Assembly (NCBI RefSeq): GCF_020745735.1
Contig: NW_026867509.1
Span: forward strand, 1,054,001 to 1,118,000
Origin: Hemiscyllium ocellatum
Lineage: Eukaryota
Length of the DNA stretch: 64,000 nucleotides
Direction of reading: 5' to 3'
The notes under the pieces are model-generated. The model made no database searches. It worked only from the letters and a program-made list of their open reading frames with translations, and was not told the origin of the DNA. Every line of letters starts with the position of its first letter. The stretch's first letter is position 1. The position numbers and the translations under genes were made by a program. Of this stretch, positions 37,392 to 50,714 are shown one piece after another.

Positions 37392-39016
37392 GACATCCAG
37401 TCCCTGTACACCTCCATCCCCCATCACGAAGGACTCAAAGCCCTCCGCTTCTTCCTTTCCCACCGCACCAACTAGTACCCTTCCACTGACACCCTCCTCC
37501 GACTGTCTGAACTGGTCCTCATCCTGAACAACTTGTCTTTCCCACTTCCTTCAAACTAAAGGAGTTGCCGTGTGCACCCGCATGGGCTCCAGCTATGCCT
37601 GTCTCTTCGTAGGATATGTGGAACAGTCCATCTTCCGCAACTACACTGGCACCACCCCCTACCTTTTCCTCCGCTACATCGATGACTGTATCGGCGCTGC
37701 CTCGTCCTCCCACGAGGAGGTTGAACAGTTCATCAACTTTACCAACACCTTCCATCCAGACCTCAAATTCACCTGGAATGTCTCAGACTCCTCCCTCCCC
37801 TTCCTAGACCTTTCCATTTCTATCTCGGGTGACCAAATCAACACAGACATCTACTATAAACCGACTGACTCCCACAGCTACCTGGACTACACCTCCTCCC
37901 ACCCTGCCCCCTGTAAAAACGCCATCCCATATTCCCAATTCCTTCGCCACCGCTGCATCTGCTCCCAGGAGGACCAGTTCCAATACCGTAGAGCCCAGGT
38001 GGCTTCCTTCTTCAAAGACCACAATTTCCCCCCAGACGTGATCGATGATGCCCTCCACCGAATCTCCTCCACTTCCCGCTCCTCCGCCCTTGAGCCCGAA
38101 CCCTCAACCCCCACCAGGCCAGAACCCCACTGGTTCTCACCTACCACCCCACCAACCTCCGTATACAGCGTATCATCCGCCGTCATTTCCGCCACCTCCA
38201 AACCGACCCCACCACCAGGGATATATTTCACTCCCCTCCCCTATCAGCGTGCCGCAAAGACCACTCCCTTCATGACTCCCTCATCTGGTCCACACCCCCC
38301 ACCAACCCAACCTCCACTCCCGGCACCTTCCCCTGCAACCGCAGGAAATGCAAAACTTGCGCCCACACCTCCTCACTTACCTCTCCCCAAGGCCCTAGGG
38401 ATCTTTCCATATCCGCCACAAATTCACCTGCACCTCCACACACATCATCTAATGCATCCGTTGCACCCGATGTGACCGCCTCTATATTGTGGAATGCTTC
38501 AGGAACACTTCTGGGACGCCCGGACCAAACAACCCAACAACCCCGTGGCTCAACACTTTAATTCTCCCTCCCACTCCACCAAGGACATGCAAGTCCTTGG
38601 ACTCCTCCATCGCCAGAACATAACAACACGACGGTTGGAGGAAGAGTGCCTCATCTCCCGCCTGGGAACCCTCCAACCACAAGGGCTGAACTCAGATTTC
38701 TCCAGTTTCCACATTTCCCCTCCCCCACCCTGTCTCATTCGATTCCCTCAAACTCAGCACCGCCCCCCAACCTGCAATTTTCTTCCTGACCTCTCCGCCC
38801 CCACCCCACTCCGGCCTATCACCCTCACCTTGACCTCCTTCCACCTATTACATCTCCATCGCCCATCCCCCAAGTCCCTCCTTCCTACCTTTTATCTTGG
38901 CCTGCTGGACACACTTTCCTCATTCCTGATGAAAGGCGTTTGCCCGAAACGTCGAATTTCCTGTTCCTTGGTTGCTGCCTGACCTGCTGCGCTTTAACCA
39001 GCAACACATTTTCAGC
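37392..39016 (+). mobile_element. 5'-truncated Penelope-like retroelement (RT, GIY-YIG remnant, 3' repeat with hammerhead-like motif)
   Basis: MGSSYACLFVGYVE and FLRYIDDC (RT); NPVAQHFNSPSH...EEECLISRLGTLQPQGLN (GIY-YIG region); frameshifted. Confidence 0.9.
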
Positions 39017-39256
39017 AGACATCGAAATGTCACATGATTCTAACAATGAAACATTGGAAGAAACTGAATCAGTTCAAACACATAACAATGGCATGTTGAA
39101 GCCAGTAGAGGGTGGCATTATTTCACTTTTCACTGAAAAGGGACTGACAGGCATGCAGATGGAGAGAGAGATTCTGAGTCTCTTATTCATCAGGTTTTAA
39201 TCATTCATTCAACTGTCCCTCCCGGACAAACTTTGTCCCATTGCAGGCATAGATGG

Positions 39257-39297
<41 letters not shown>
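39257..39297. repeat. (CA)n microsatellite
   Basis: Dinucleotide run. Confidence 0.95.
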
Positions 39298-39298
<1 letters not shown>

Positions 39299-42149
39299 CG
39301 AGACACAGTTCCACGTGAGCAGTAATATTTGATGACTTCAACAACAAGAGAGACTGAAAAAGAGGAAGAGGTTTTGACCCTTTCCTTTGAGTCAACCTCC
39401 AAAACAACGGACAGTCGATCGCACCCAGATTCAGATACAGAGATATGCACAAACACACATTAATACACGCTAAATACAAGCACTCATACTGACAAACACC
39501 ACAGAGTGTCAGGAGCAGAGGCATCGAAATATGCAGATAGAGAAACAAAAGTCCAAATAAATGGATGCGTGCGCACATGCACATTCACTGTCTTGGTCTC
39601 TCTGACAGTTCATTCCTCGAATTTTACTTTTGCACTCTTGAAAACGTCGAAATTCGGAAAGTAGAGTGCAAAATAGGCTTTCTCTATGGGCTGGATTACC
39701 GAGAGCTGAGCTCACATTCTCCCCATTACGTGTCCATAATTTAAAAATGATATGAAGAACCATTACTTCCCACAAAGGATTGTGAAAGTTAAGAATTCTA
39801 AATGGAATTTGTAATCAATCAGCAAAACTATTCCACCACAATCACAAGATAGAAACTGACTTCCTTACTCTTGGTGTGAAATTGATAAACGGTAACAGCA
39901 GAGAAAGACATTGGTTTGCTCATCGGTTAGTCTACAATTTGTTCTGTCTTCCTTCATTATTCCTTTTGACCTTAAAATGAACGAGAGTGCATAAAGGAAG
40001 AGAAGAAGCAAAAGTGTTCACATAACAGAGGAAAGAAAGTCTTGGCCAAATAATGATTACATTTGAAAACCAAAAGGCAAGTTCCATCAATGTGGAGCAT
40101 CTTTGAGCGACATGATTGGGAGTGCCCACAAATAACATAATTAGTTCAATCACAGGATCGGTATGCAATAATAATTGCATCAGATAAGTTAGATGTGGAC
40201 ATGAAGTTAACAGTGAGGTGACCGAATTCAATTTTCAAAACGCTCTGAAATTTTCAATGTTAATATGGATCATATATAATGTGCCGTCCAAGAACTATAC
40301 CCAGTGCTCACTTCATGATCGAACCAGGGATTTGCACAGCAGCAGCCAACTTTACTTTCCATCAACACGTTGTATACGGTGGAGAATATTTTGAAAGTCT
40401 ATTGATATAAATGAAGACGTATTTGATTTGAAAAATTGCTGAGAATGGACACTAAATTTGAAATCAACTTCCTAAATAAATACACAGTTGCACAGTACAG
40501 AGCAGAACTTTTGACTCAACCTTTTAATAAACTGGTTGTGACCCATTTGCCAACATTTGATATCCGTCGAAAATCTTCCTATTCATCCACCCAACCAAAT
40601 GACTTTTAACTGTCAGAATTGTACCCGACCCTACCAATTTCTTTGGCAGCTTACGGATTTCAAGCACCACCCAAACGCCCTCTTCATTAAGTTTTTATGA
40701 TTTCAGAATTTTATTATTGCAGTATCCGAGATTGGACTGCAAGCCGAGATATCATTGATGAAAAATGTGTTCATAAATACTAGCTCTGCGAATGCCCTGA
40801 AGTTACGTGGAATCAGATTCAAAAACATACACTTTTATTTTGCAATATCTCCTGTCCATGTCCAGACCGTCGCAATAGGATCATGAGCAGTGCAATTCCG
40901 ATTTGATCATACACCATAGGTATTGTGAAAGATGCATGTCCAACGTGGCCACACCTGCTGCAGGATGATGGTTACTTGGTCTCCGTGAAATGTGAAAGAA
41001 ACCAGAATGTGGGAAAGACTTTGGAGATGGTGGCGGGAGTGGGGAGCTTTCATCAACACCGATTACAGACATCAAAACCCGAATAAGACACTCATAGTCC
41101 GTCAATGGCAATGAACTAGCCTGAAGCAGTATTGCCGCATGTCTCAAACACAAGCCACGACTATCGGTTTTTGTTGGTGGGATGCAACGGCCAACAGCGT
41201 GCATGCACATTAATCCTGATTGTGGAGTGGCAAGCCATGAATATCTCTGCAAAATGGACAGGGGTGGGGTTTATTAAATATTCTTGCAGGGGGATTTACC
41301 CACGGAAATTTCAAAACAAGAGGAATACTGCAGGAAGGCTGGAAGTGAGAAGAATGTCATGTCTGGCAGAATCTTTGTAAAGAAAAGCGGATTTTCCAGT
41401 AATACAAAAGGGAGGCAGAACTTGAAATGTTAATTAGCATTTTCTCTCCACAGATGCTGCTGGACGTGTTAAGTTTCTCCTTCATTTCAGATCTCCAGCA
41501 TTTACTAAAGAGAAATGTTGATCATTTTTGAATTTCCATTCTGAACTGGTATTGAAGGTCTTTATTGCTTTTTCATATAATGTATTTAAAGCAGACTCTC
41601 GGTGGTGGTGAAACTGAACTCATCTGTCACATCAAGATCTGACAGAGTCGTTTAATCCATTATGTTCTGAGCTTCATTTGTTTGGAAGTTGGAAGAAAAA
41701 TGTTCATTTCTTCCATCTGCCGGCAAAGGCTGCAGCTAAGAATAACATCCAGGAAGTGGAAACCCAACTTCAATGGGTGAAAAATGGATCGGAGCCAGCT
41801 AACTTGCAATCAAATTGTCCTGCTCTCAAGCAGAAATAGTTCTCACACTTTCGAGGTATATTCCCCTGAATGGTGTATTCAAAGGTAGCAACGCCAAAGC
41901 AACGTTGATGACAAAACAGAGAAAGAAATTAAGATTCTCACGGATAAAGCACTTGTGACAAGGACGAGGGTGATAGTTCACTGATGACCAGGACAAATTT
42001 GGACTCTTCTGGGATAATTGAATAAGTAAATGTTCGAAGCAGAACCAAAATTTTGAAAGATGGCAGAAGTGAACATAGCTTTGAAGTAAAATCGCTTCAA
42101 TAGTCATATCGTTCATCAAAGTGCAATTAGATGAATATGCATGAGGATT

Positions 42150-42770
42150 GAGAAGGCATCGAAAGATCATCCAGACTGGCGAATTCAATTTCACCTGCGC
42201 TAGCAATTGTGGGAAAGGGTTCAAATACCCGACTGAGTTGGAAATTCATTGATGCAATCACATTGAGTAGAAACCGATCATCTGTGCTGAGGATGGAAAG
42301 GGATTCATTGGGTCATCACACATGCAGATATATCAGCGCATTCACACTGCAGAGAGAAGAGACGTTTTAAATGTCCAAACTGCGAGAAATTCCGTACAGT
42401 TTCTGGTGGACTGATTCTTCATCAACGTGTTCATAATGACAAGAGACCATTCTTCGTATCTTACTATAGCACTGGGTTCAAGAGATAATCTCAACTTACT
42501 GTATATCAGCGAAATCATGCCACGTGATTAACATCTCTGGCCATGGGTGTGAAAAGATATTTACCACTTCATCCAAACGTTTGGCGCACCAATGATTCGT
42601 CTTGCCAATGGGCAAAAAGCCTTTCTTGACTGGGGGGAGGGATTCACTAATTCATCTGTGCTGCTGGTACACAGGCGTCTTCACATTGGAACGACATCAT
42701 TCATCTGTCCTGAATGTGGGAAAGGATACATTGTCATCCAACCTGGTCATACAACAACAAATGCATAAAT
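42150..42770 (+). pseudogene. Degenerate C2H2 zinc-finger array remnant
   Basis: Repeated broken C..CGKGF....HQR.HT-like words (e.g. TGTGGGAAAGGGTTC, CAGCGCATTCACACT, TGTCCTGAATGTGGGAAAGG) with stops. Confidence 0.7.
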
Positions 42771-43796
42771 GAGATTGTATTCATATCCTGTAACACATTG
42801 TTGTACTTTTTGGGATAGACAATGAAACAAACACTTTGAAACGTACTTTGGCAGAAGGTCTATTTTAGGTTGGTCGTTGAGAAGTTGACTACAGATACAT
42901 CCAAACAGTCAAAACAGTCACGCAGTTTCTTTGCGCACAGACTATGATCACAAATGTTTTGTATGGATGGATCTCACCAAGAAAGAGCTTCCACTTTCCT
43001 GATTTGAGTTGTTGTATTTTTTTTACTGGAGGCATCGACGACCTGGGGGTATATTTTAATGAAAGGTGGATGGAGGTTTAGAAGAACTTGAGGGACTAGC
43101 AAGTGACCTTTGACTGTTCAATTCACTGCCGTTAAAGGTCGTAAAGTCGAAACTCTAAAAAATTTAAGAAGAATTGAGAAGTTCTCACACAATGTCAACG
43201 AAAGTCTACAAGGTCAGTGACCCTGAAAATAATGCCATTTGTTTTAGCTCACTTTACATAGTTCTATATTGCTCACATGTATTCCCGAAACTATGAAGTT
43301 TCTGGGATTGGAAGCCACTACATTTTCAGATTCACTACCATGTTTACATTCCCGATTATCACCATTCCTATCTATGTAATCGACTGCAGAAGCACAGCCT
43401 TCTAAAATATCTGAATTCATCTCATTCAGGTCTATTATACATTCTTGAATTAAATGGCTTAACAACGTTGGCCACTTTTTCAGTTGCGTATGACAGACTC
43501 TCTGGAATTCGTCCTTACACTGTTCCTACTCTATATATCCAATTCGCCCTTAAATAGATCCCTGAACCCATTCCTCCATGACCAAACAAGCTATCTCCTG
43601 TTCTAATATGACCTAGACAAAAAAAAACATTGCGGATCTGGAGACCTGAAATAAAAACAGAAAATGTTTTTAGAAATTCAACACGTCTGGCAGCGTCTGA
43701 GAAAGAGAAACACTCCTAATTCAAAATTACTGTCCTCCAGAAATGAAGAGACGTGGAAAATTGCTGGAGTTTAGACTGGACAGAAGGGGATGTAAC

Positions 43797-43880
43797 CAGA
43801 TTCTCCCCAGTGTGCACTTGCTGATGTTTCAGCAGGGTGATGACTGAGTGAATCTCTTTCACACTTTCAGCAAGTGAATA
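43797..43880 (-). pseudogene. Single C2H2 zinc-finger remnant
   Basis: TLLKHQQVHTGEN linker motif. Confidence 0.5.
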
Positions 43881-46710
43881 GCGTATTCTCTCTTTGATAC
43901 CACCAATGCGTATTCTGCAATGAACGGCAAGTGAATCGTTTGTTGCATAATGTAACATTTCTTCATGTTAGAGATGCATTTCGGAATAAAACATGCTTTC
44001 CTGTCTGTTCTGATCCATCAGATTATGGCTGAAGCTTTGTCCACACAACTAACACAAGTGCACTTTCTCTACACTGTAAACAGGGCTTTTTTCCTTCCAT
44101 CTTCCAAACCCGATAATGCTTAAATGGTAAATTAGGCGAATTAACCCCGTTCCAATAGAATGGTTGACTCAAATTTCCTCCATGCGTCATTTTTTCTGCC
44201 CTTATCATTGTCTGTGAAATTGATTTTTTAGGGAAAAAGCATCAGAGAGAGGACATTCAAAATCACAAAGGCAGATTGTGAAATTGAGTTGAAAGAATCT
44301 GATCATTTCTGGGGAAGTTACTAGGAAAATGTGACCAAAAACTCTTATCAGGTTATTGTTGAATCATGAATTTTTAACTAATCGCCTTCATACTACTCTG
44401 GCATTTATGGAAGGATAGAGAGGTAGGAGAGGCAGAAAAAGAACAAGGAGGGTGAGTTGTTCCTACAAAAGCGCTGGAATGTTAACAGGATCTTTCAAAC
44501 TCTCCAACTCCTTTAACCGGAAGGACCAGGGCAGCAAGTCTCACACATTTCACTTTAACCCGCACACTGTCCTGTTTTGTGTAACATCCGGCACTGGAGG
44601 TTTTGATGACCAATCATATCAACGAGTTCTTTCCAGCACGTAAACAAGGTCTTCGACCCAGAGTCAATGCTGGAGTTCCAGAAGGTCTTCTTCAGACCTG
44701 GATCTGAAACCTGTCTGTGAGAAGCAACAACTTCACCACTCAGGATGCACACGAAATGCAGTGATATTGATAGAAAACCATAGTTTCGTTATAGCAAAGA
44801 AAGGAAGCCTTCGACCACTCCTCTGTGTGTTACTGTCCCATTGTTTACCCATTACTCTTCAGTTTATACTGCCTCACCTCGTTCTTCAACAGAAGTATTG
44901 TTTCAGGATCTCGTGGAAGAATGAAACCAGAGGATCTTAGTTCTGTGATAATAGGACTGACAGAGTACTGTGATCTGATGAAGAGAACAGGGACAATACA
45001 TTCACTTAAGTCCAGCTCTGTTATAATGTACTATATATTTGGACTTACTTTGGTACAGCCTCTTTCAGTGGTCTTCACTCACTCAACAACAAGTTGAAGA
45101 CGAGAGTTTTCACGTAACAAAGTGTCTCGGAGTTTCATAGGTACTTAAGATCACATTAAACGACTTGACCAAATGCTTGGCTAAAGCAATTAGTGATAAG
45201 GAGAGTTTTCAAGGAGGAAAATAAAGTAGAACTGTTTCAAATATTTCGGGAGAAATTCCAGATCTCTGGGTCCAGGCAGTCCAAGGCATGGTCGCCAACA
45301 GTAAGGTAATCACAATCGGCAATGAAGTGTGTCCGGAATCGGTGTTCTATGCACTTGGGCCCATAGTTTAAAATACGTGGATACTGGAGATCTGAACGAA
45401 TGACATTCAAGTGTTGGAGAAATTCAGCAGGTCTGGCAGCATCAATAGAGTGCCTTACAAACGTGAATCTTTAGAATTGCTGCTATGTTTCTCAAAGACT
45501 TCCTCATTTAATATAGGTCTTAAAATATTCTAGTGTATTGATATATTATGAATGGAGCATCATTCGAATCAAACTGTGCAATCGACAGGGATTCACTTTA
45601 ACAGGCTTAAAATTCTCTGCATCTCAGTGTTACACCCAGAACAAGCTTTAGCAGAGATTTAAGGAGAAACAAACAAAAACACAGTAACATTAAAACCTGA
45701 AAAGAACAGAAATGGGAACATTCAAAACATTCACATCATTAGTTACTGGTAAAGTCTAAGATGAAACTTCTTCAGAATGTAAACATCCCACCACCAGCAA
45801 TAAACCCGAGTCCAGAGAAGGAAAGCAGCAATGCCGTATCAGACTGATTGTTGGAATGATCGGATTGTCCACAAAGGAAGCTCTCTACAGTTTAAAAGAA
45901 TGCACAATAATCTAATTAAAAAATGGAAAATCTTCCTAGCGTTAAATTATAACAGCAGTCAGAAAGGACTGTTGCAGAAACTATTTTTTTTAAATGTCTG
46001 TGAAAGTCAGTTCATCAACGACATTATGTATGTTCACGACAACATTCTTACTGGATGATATCATTTTGACCTCCGGGCCTCAGTTGCAAGACTGAGGAAA
46101 GCCATTGGGTTGAAGGTTCAGTTTTCCTGATCCGATGTGTGACCGGGGTCCCACGGAGATGCTCAGCATTAAATCATCACGAGAAATGTTGAATTAACAA
46201 GAGGTGGAGAAAGGGGAAAGTAGTTAACAAGAGTAATGCTGGGGACAGTGGTGTGGGGAAGGTTATTTTTGGTCTCTTCCAGCATCATCGCTTCACATTC
46301 TTTGGTCAACACATATGACGAAGTAAGAATACGGGCAGAGTACCCAGCTCAATACTGCAGGACTAAAAAGGACTGCAGCGATCATTGACAGAAAGAAATG
46401 TCCCCAACTTCAACCCCGCACCCACCCTTGTGCATTCGGCTAATGTGGGAGGTGATTACATACCTAGTTCACAGAACTGGTGAAATGACATAAAGCTGGA
46501 GGTTCCCTCCTCAAACCTACAGCTTACTCAGACAATGCACGCCCACAGATATTGAATCCACTCCGCCCATCAATCACCTCATGGACACTGCAGCGCACAA
46601 ATCCCCTCCCTCCATCCAAAGTACTTCAGTCCAGGTCACGATTCAGAAGTCCAGAGTAATCTGTCGTTCCCCTAACTATCATCTAACTATCAGCTCCCAA
46701 CCCGGGAAAT

Positions 46711-47194
46711 ATGAGTAACCTATTTGGTTTAATCTTGTGTGTCTGTTTACCCTGTGAGTATCGATCACAAAAATTAACATTACGAATTTCAAACAACACT
46801 GTTGCCGAATTCGTCCGCATTTCAGGCAGGACATGCAGTGTTAATTGCAGGTAATGTTTTGGTCAGTTCTAATGCTCGCTCACTTCTCTCTGTTCAATTT
46901 TCAGGTTATTTCAGTCAGTCAATGACACAGAGCCCAGTCGCGATTAATAAGAAGAAGTGTCAGTCTCTCACCATCAACTGTGTTTTTAAAAGTCGTTATT
47001 CTTATCAATATTTTGAGAGTGGACATTTCTTTAGACAAACGCGGCCAGCAACGGAATGGGAGCGGATCTCCGGTGGCGGGAGATTCGTTGTGTCCACAGA
47101 TAAAGCACGAAAGAAATTTTCGTTGGAAATTCGGAATGTCAGAGTTGAAGATACCGCCACCTATTACTGCAAAGCTCGTTACTGGGATGGCACA
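46711..47194 (+). CDS. NAR-TCR (VNAR-like) V gene: leader 46711-46753, V exon 46905-~47194
   Basis: Leader MSNLFGLILCVCLP-T|GTGAGT; acceptor TTTTCAG|; V has SLTINCV, ISGGGRFV and FSLEIRNVRVEDTATYYCKA. Only 48 residues from the FR2 Trp position to Cys2 (59-60 in the TCR Vs here), i.e. the VNAR-type CDR2 deletion. Confidence 0.9.
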
Positions 47195-47231
47195 TACAGT
47201 GATGGGCTACGGTTTCCGTCCCACAAAAACT
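47195..47231 (+). other. Aberrant RSS of the NAR-TCR V
   Basis: Good nonamer ACAAAAACT 47223-47231. Best heptamer is TACAGTG 47195-47201 (21-bp spacer); the CAC at 47191 would give a 25-bp spacer. Confidence 0.7.
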
Positions 47232-47549
47232 CTCATTGGAGATTTTTGCAAAAAGAAATTGAAAAAAATAGCCAACCTGCCGAGAAATTCCCACGTGTCG
47301 GCCTCACAGCCGCTACCCCGCAGTACAATTTGCAATTAGACTGGATTAATGTTAAAAGCATTCTCTGTTTCACAAATACCATGTGCCTTTGGATGGCGAT
47401 ATCTTTGTCAATTCTGGTGTGCGTGAGTGGATGGAGGGAATGACTGATCACTGTTAAAGGATACTGTCGTGAATCGGAGTCCTGTCCTAACATCTGAAAT
47501 CAGGAATTTACGTTCAGTTGTAATGCTCAAAATCTCAGCAAATCCTGTG

Positions 47550-47621
47550 AAGTGTTACACCGACATATACCACTGTGACATTTTGGAACAAGGCACAGTG
47601 AAAGAAGCCCGATCACAAACT
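47550..47621 (+). other. D gene segment (47578-47593) of cassette 2 with 12/12 RSS
   Basis: CACTGTG 47571-47577 with degenerate nonamer AAGTGTTAC; CACAGTG 47594-47600 + 12 + TCACAAACT; coding sequence identical to cassette 1 D. Confidence 0.88.
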
Positions 47622-47933
47622 TCTTTACAAGTTAAGTATAAATTCTCCGGCCCCAACTCTCAATTGTCAGCTTGAAGTTCACTTCACTGTAATGCAGGTT
47701 GATATCTTTACAATTCCCGTCAAGAACTAATTTGTTTACTTGAATCTTCTTCGCTGCTATGAAGTGAACATTCACCTCCTGTATTCCTGTCCCATTTGAC
47801 AGAAGAACAAGAGATGAACTTGAGCCACAGGGAACTTGGACATGGAGAATATCGCCTATTTATCTAAATTGCTTGAATAATTAGTTTAGTCAAGCAGCGT
47901 GATAATGATGTTTCGATGCGTTGAGGTAACGTT

Positions 47934-48022
47934 GGTTCTTGTGCAGAGGAGACTTAAAGGAGCATTGCTGTGTTATTATGCCCATGTAGATGTATCCGGA
48001 ACGGCGGTGACTGTCACAGCTG
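47934..48022 (+). CDS. J gene segment (47973-48022, YYAHVDVSGTAVTVTA) of cassette 2 with 23-RSS
   Basis: GGTTCTTGT + 23 + TGCTGTG; donor GTAAGT at 48023; first Gly of GxG changed to Val. Confidence 0.88.
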
Positions 48023-50714
48023 GTAAGTGACTCTGCATTCCATCTTGCTATTGATTATGTTGCTGAATGATCGATTCATTACTATTAACTTAAATGTAAA
48101 GAAAGTAAACAAATATTTTCGAAGGAATCGCTTCTGGTCCAATGCCAGAGTTGCTTGTCAGCACAATATACGTGTCCGGTGCTGGTTTCCACAGGCGAAA
48201 AGAATGAATGACACCTGGTCCTGAGTCAACGGTTTCACTGTACTTGTGGTATCAATGGTCAAACCGGTCAATAGCGGGACACCAACAACATGGCGAACAG
48301 GTGATTTAATGAATAAAGATTGCCGACTGTCTGGGGTCCATTCCAGGAATCACCTGTGACCGAGGGAGCTCTTTTTGTTGCTTAGGTCACAGAAGCAATC
48401 TTTCAGGGCTTTGCACCAGGCAGAGATTCAAGCCCGAATTCCAAACGTTCAATGAAAACATTTCACCCACGAGAAAATCAGGAACACTACTCGGCGAACC
48501 TCAGGTAGAAGATATCTGGCTGCACGTCAAGATGAGTTATCTTGTTTGAGGAATGGGAGTCATGAATGACCGAGTTACCATTTCTTCTCAATTCATTTCA
48601 TGTATGCATTCGTTTAACCAATCATATTTCCATTTTCCTTGCCTCAGAATTGAACGTGAAACTGTAAAGTTGTTGGATTCATTTAATGTTGGTGTTTTCA
48701 GACGTTGGTTTGCTGTAATGAAGGTAATTATCAGAACCAGCTCAAACTGAAGAATGCTCATTTAGAAACAGCAAGTAACAATTCATCAAAAGGAATATGT
48801 AACAATTTCTGGGGCATCGTTCAAATTAAACCCCCTCATCAGGATGTTGTATGAGTTATATGAAGCGAAGGGATGGAATGTTTTCTACTCTGAAATGCTC
48901 CTTAGAAATTTGTTCTCCTTACTTGAGAATGAATTAATTTGTTTTCGAACAAGTAAAGCTAATATTCACTCGACATTCACATGAGATAACGTTATTGTCT
49001 TTTGTGAAGCTATTCTGAAGTGTAAGCGTCATTGCTTACCGTTTAAAACAAGCAGAGTGATGTAATATGAACATGTAGAATTATTAAGGAGTAGATGTAT
49101 CGATGGAATTTTCTCCAGACAGAAAAGTCCATCCAACAGTCACAATTTGCAATTAGGGTTCAGCAGATCAGACGATGAAGAGCAAAAAGATTTTCAGACG
49201 ATCGATTGTCTTGAATCAGTGGCATTTTGTATCTCAGAAAGCAGTGGAGACCCAAGCGTTAATTGCCTTCGCGGGTTCTGCTTTGCATTAGGAGCAGCGA
49301 AGCACGAAAAGACTTCATGAAAATCTTAAGTACGACGGCCTCGAAACTGGGATGGATGAGACTGAGCTCAGAGTAATCGGCCACTAGCAGAACAAATAAA
49401 GTAACGAAGGTGAAGAAATGTGCAAAATGTGGAACTTGCCACCAGAGTAGATCGAGCACATTATATTGAGTCAATTATAGAAGGTTTTGAAAACACAGGC
49501 AGGAGAATGGAATACACCAACACACCGTGTTAAATGGACAATGTGAATTAGATTTCAGGCATAAGTGAACGTTGGCATAAACGAGCAGCAATAAATCACT
49601 TTGACTGAATGGCCCTGTCTTCATTTTTACTGTAAAATTGAAAAGATTTCCACTCAGAAAACAATAATCCAATAAAAGTAATTGCAATTGAGGAAAATCT
49701 GAAAGTTAGATTCCAGTGTGTAACAGTAAAACCACCCTAGAGACAGTACAGACAGAACCAAACAGACTGCTGAGAGACGTTTGTGCAGGTTGCCATGATC
49801 GCAAGAAAAGAAAGAGGCACAAAGGAAAACCAGAAATCAATTGATACAAGATTGAAATGTTTCACGTCAGCTGTGAATGCTGTGAGAAGAAAGTGACGCG
49901 ATTGGGGATAAAAGTGGATCAAACATCGGGTATACTCTCAAGAACAGAGGTAACATGCAGACAATGATTGAAATAACCAGTGCTAATCAAACCCGTCGTT
50001 AATTTTGGATCCCATTCTGCATGGTGCCACAACATCGTTTGGTTACATTTTGGGTGGTGAAGTTTGGAAATTTATTGTAGAGTTATAGCATCAACCAAAT
50101 TATCAGGTTTCCCAAACCAATGTTTTCCATTTGCCAGCGTTTGGCCTGTATCTATTTAAACATTTCTGCCCATCATAGATTTCCAAACGATTTTTAAATG
50201 ATTTCACTATACCTGTCTCTTAGACTTCGTTGGGAATTCATTTCATATACACGTCACGCTCTGTGCAAAATAGCTGTCATTTGTGTCCCTTTTAAATCTT
50301 TCTCCTTTCACCTTCACCTTATGCCCTCCAGCTTTCAAGATGACGACAAGATGATCGTTCGAGTTAGTCTGTCCACAGAATGTGTGGACGCTGTTTTCTA
50401 CAGAATCCTTTGTAATTGTTCCTAATGCACTTACGTTCTCCACGTAGCCCTGCATTTATTTTTTGCATGATTCAGCTGCAATCGATTACCCATTTGAATT
50501 TGACTGTTGATTCTGTTTCCTGCAGCCGTTTTGACAATATATCGCACATCACAAGAAGAAGACATGTAAAATAATTGCCACCTCATCGCCTCATTGGTTT
50601 ACATTCTGATAAAACATAACATATTCAAATCTAATATCAATAAAATGAACAGAATAACTCCCGTGATTTGCAATTTCAACAGAGACTGAATATGTGTTGA
50701 ATGTCATCCCACAG

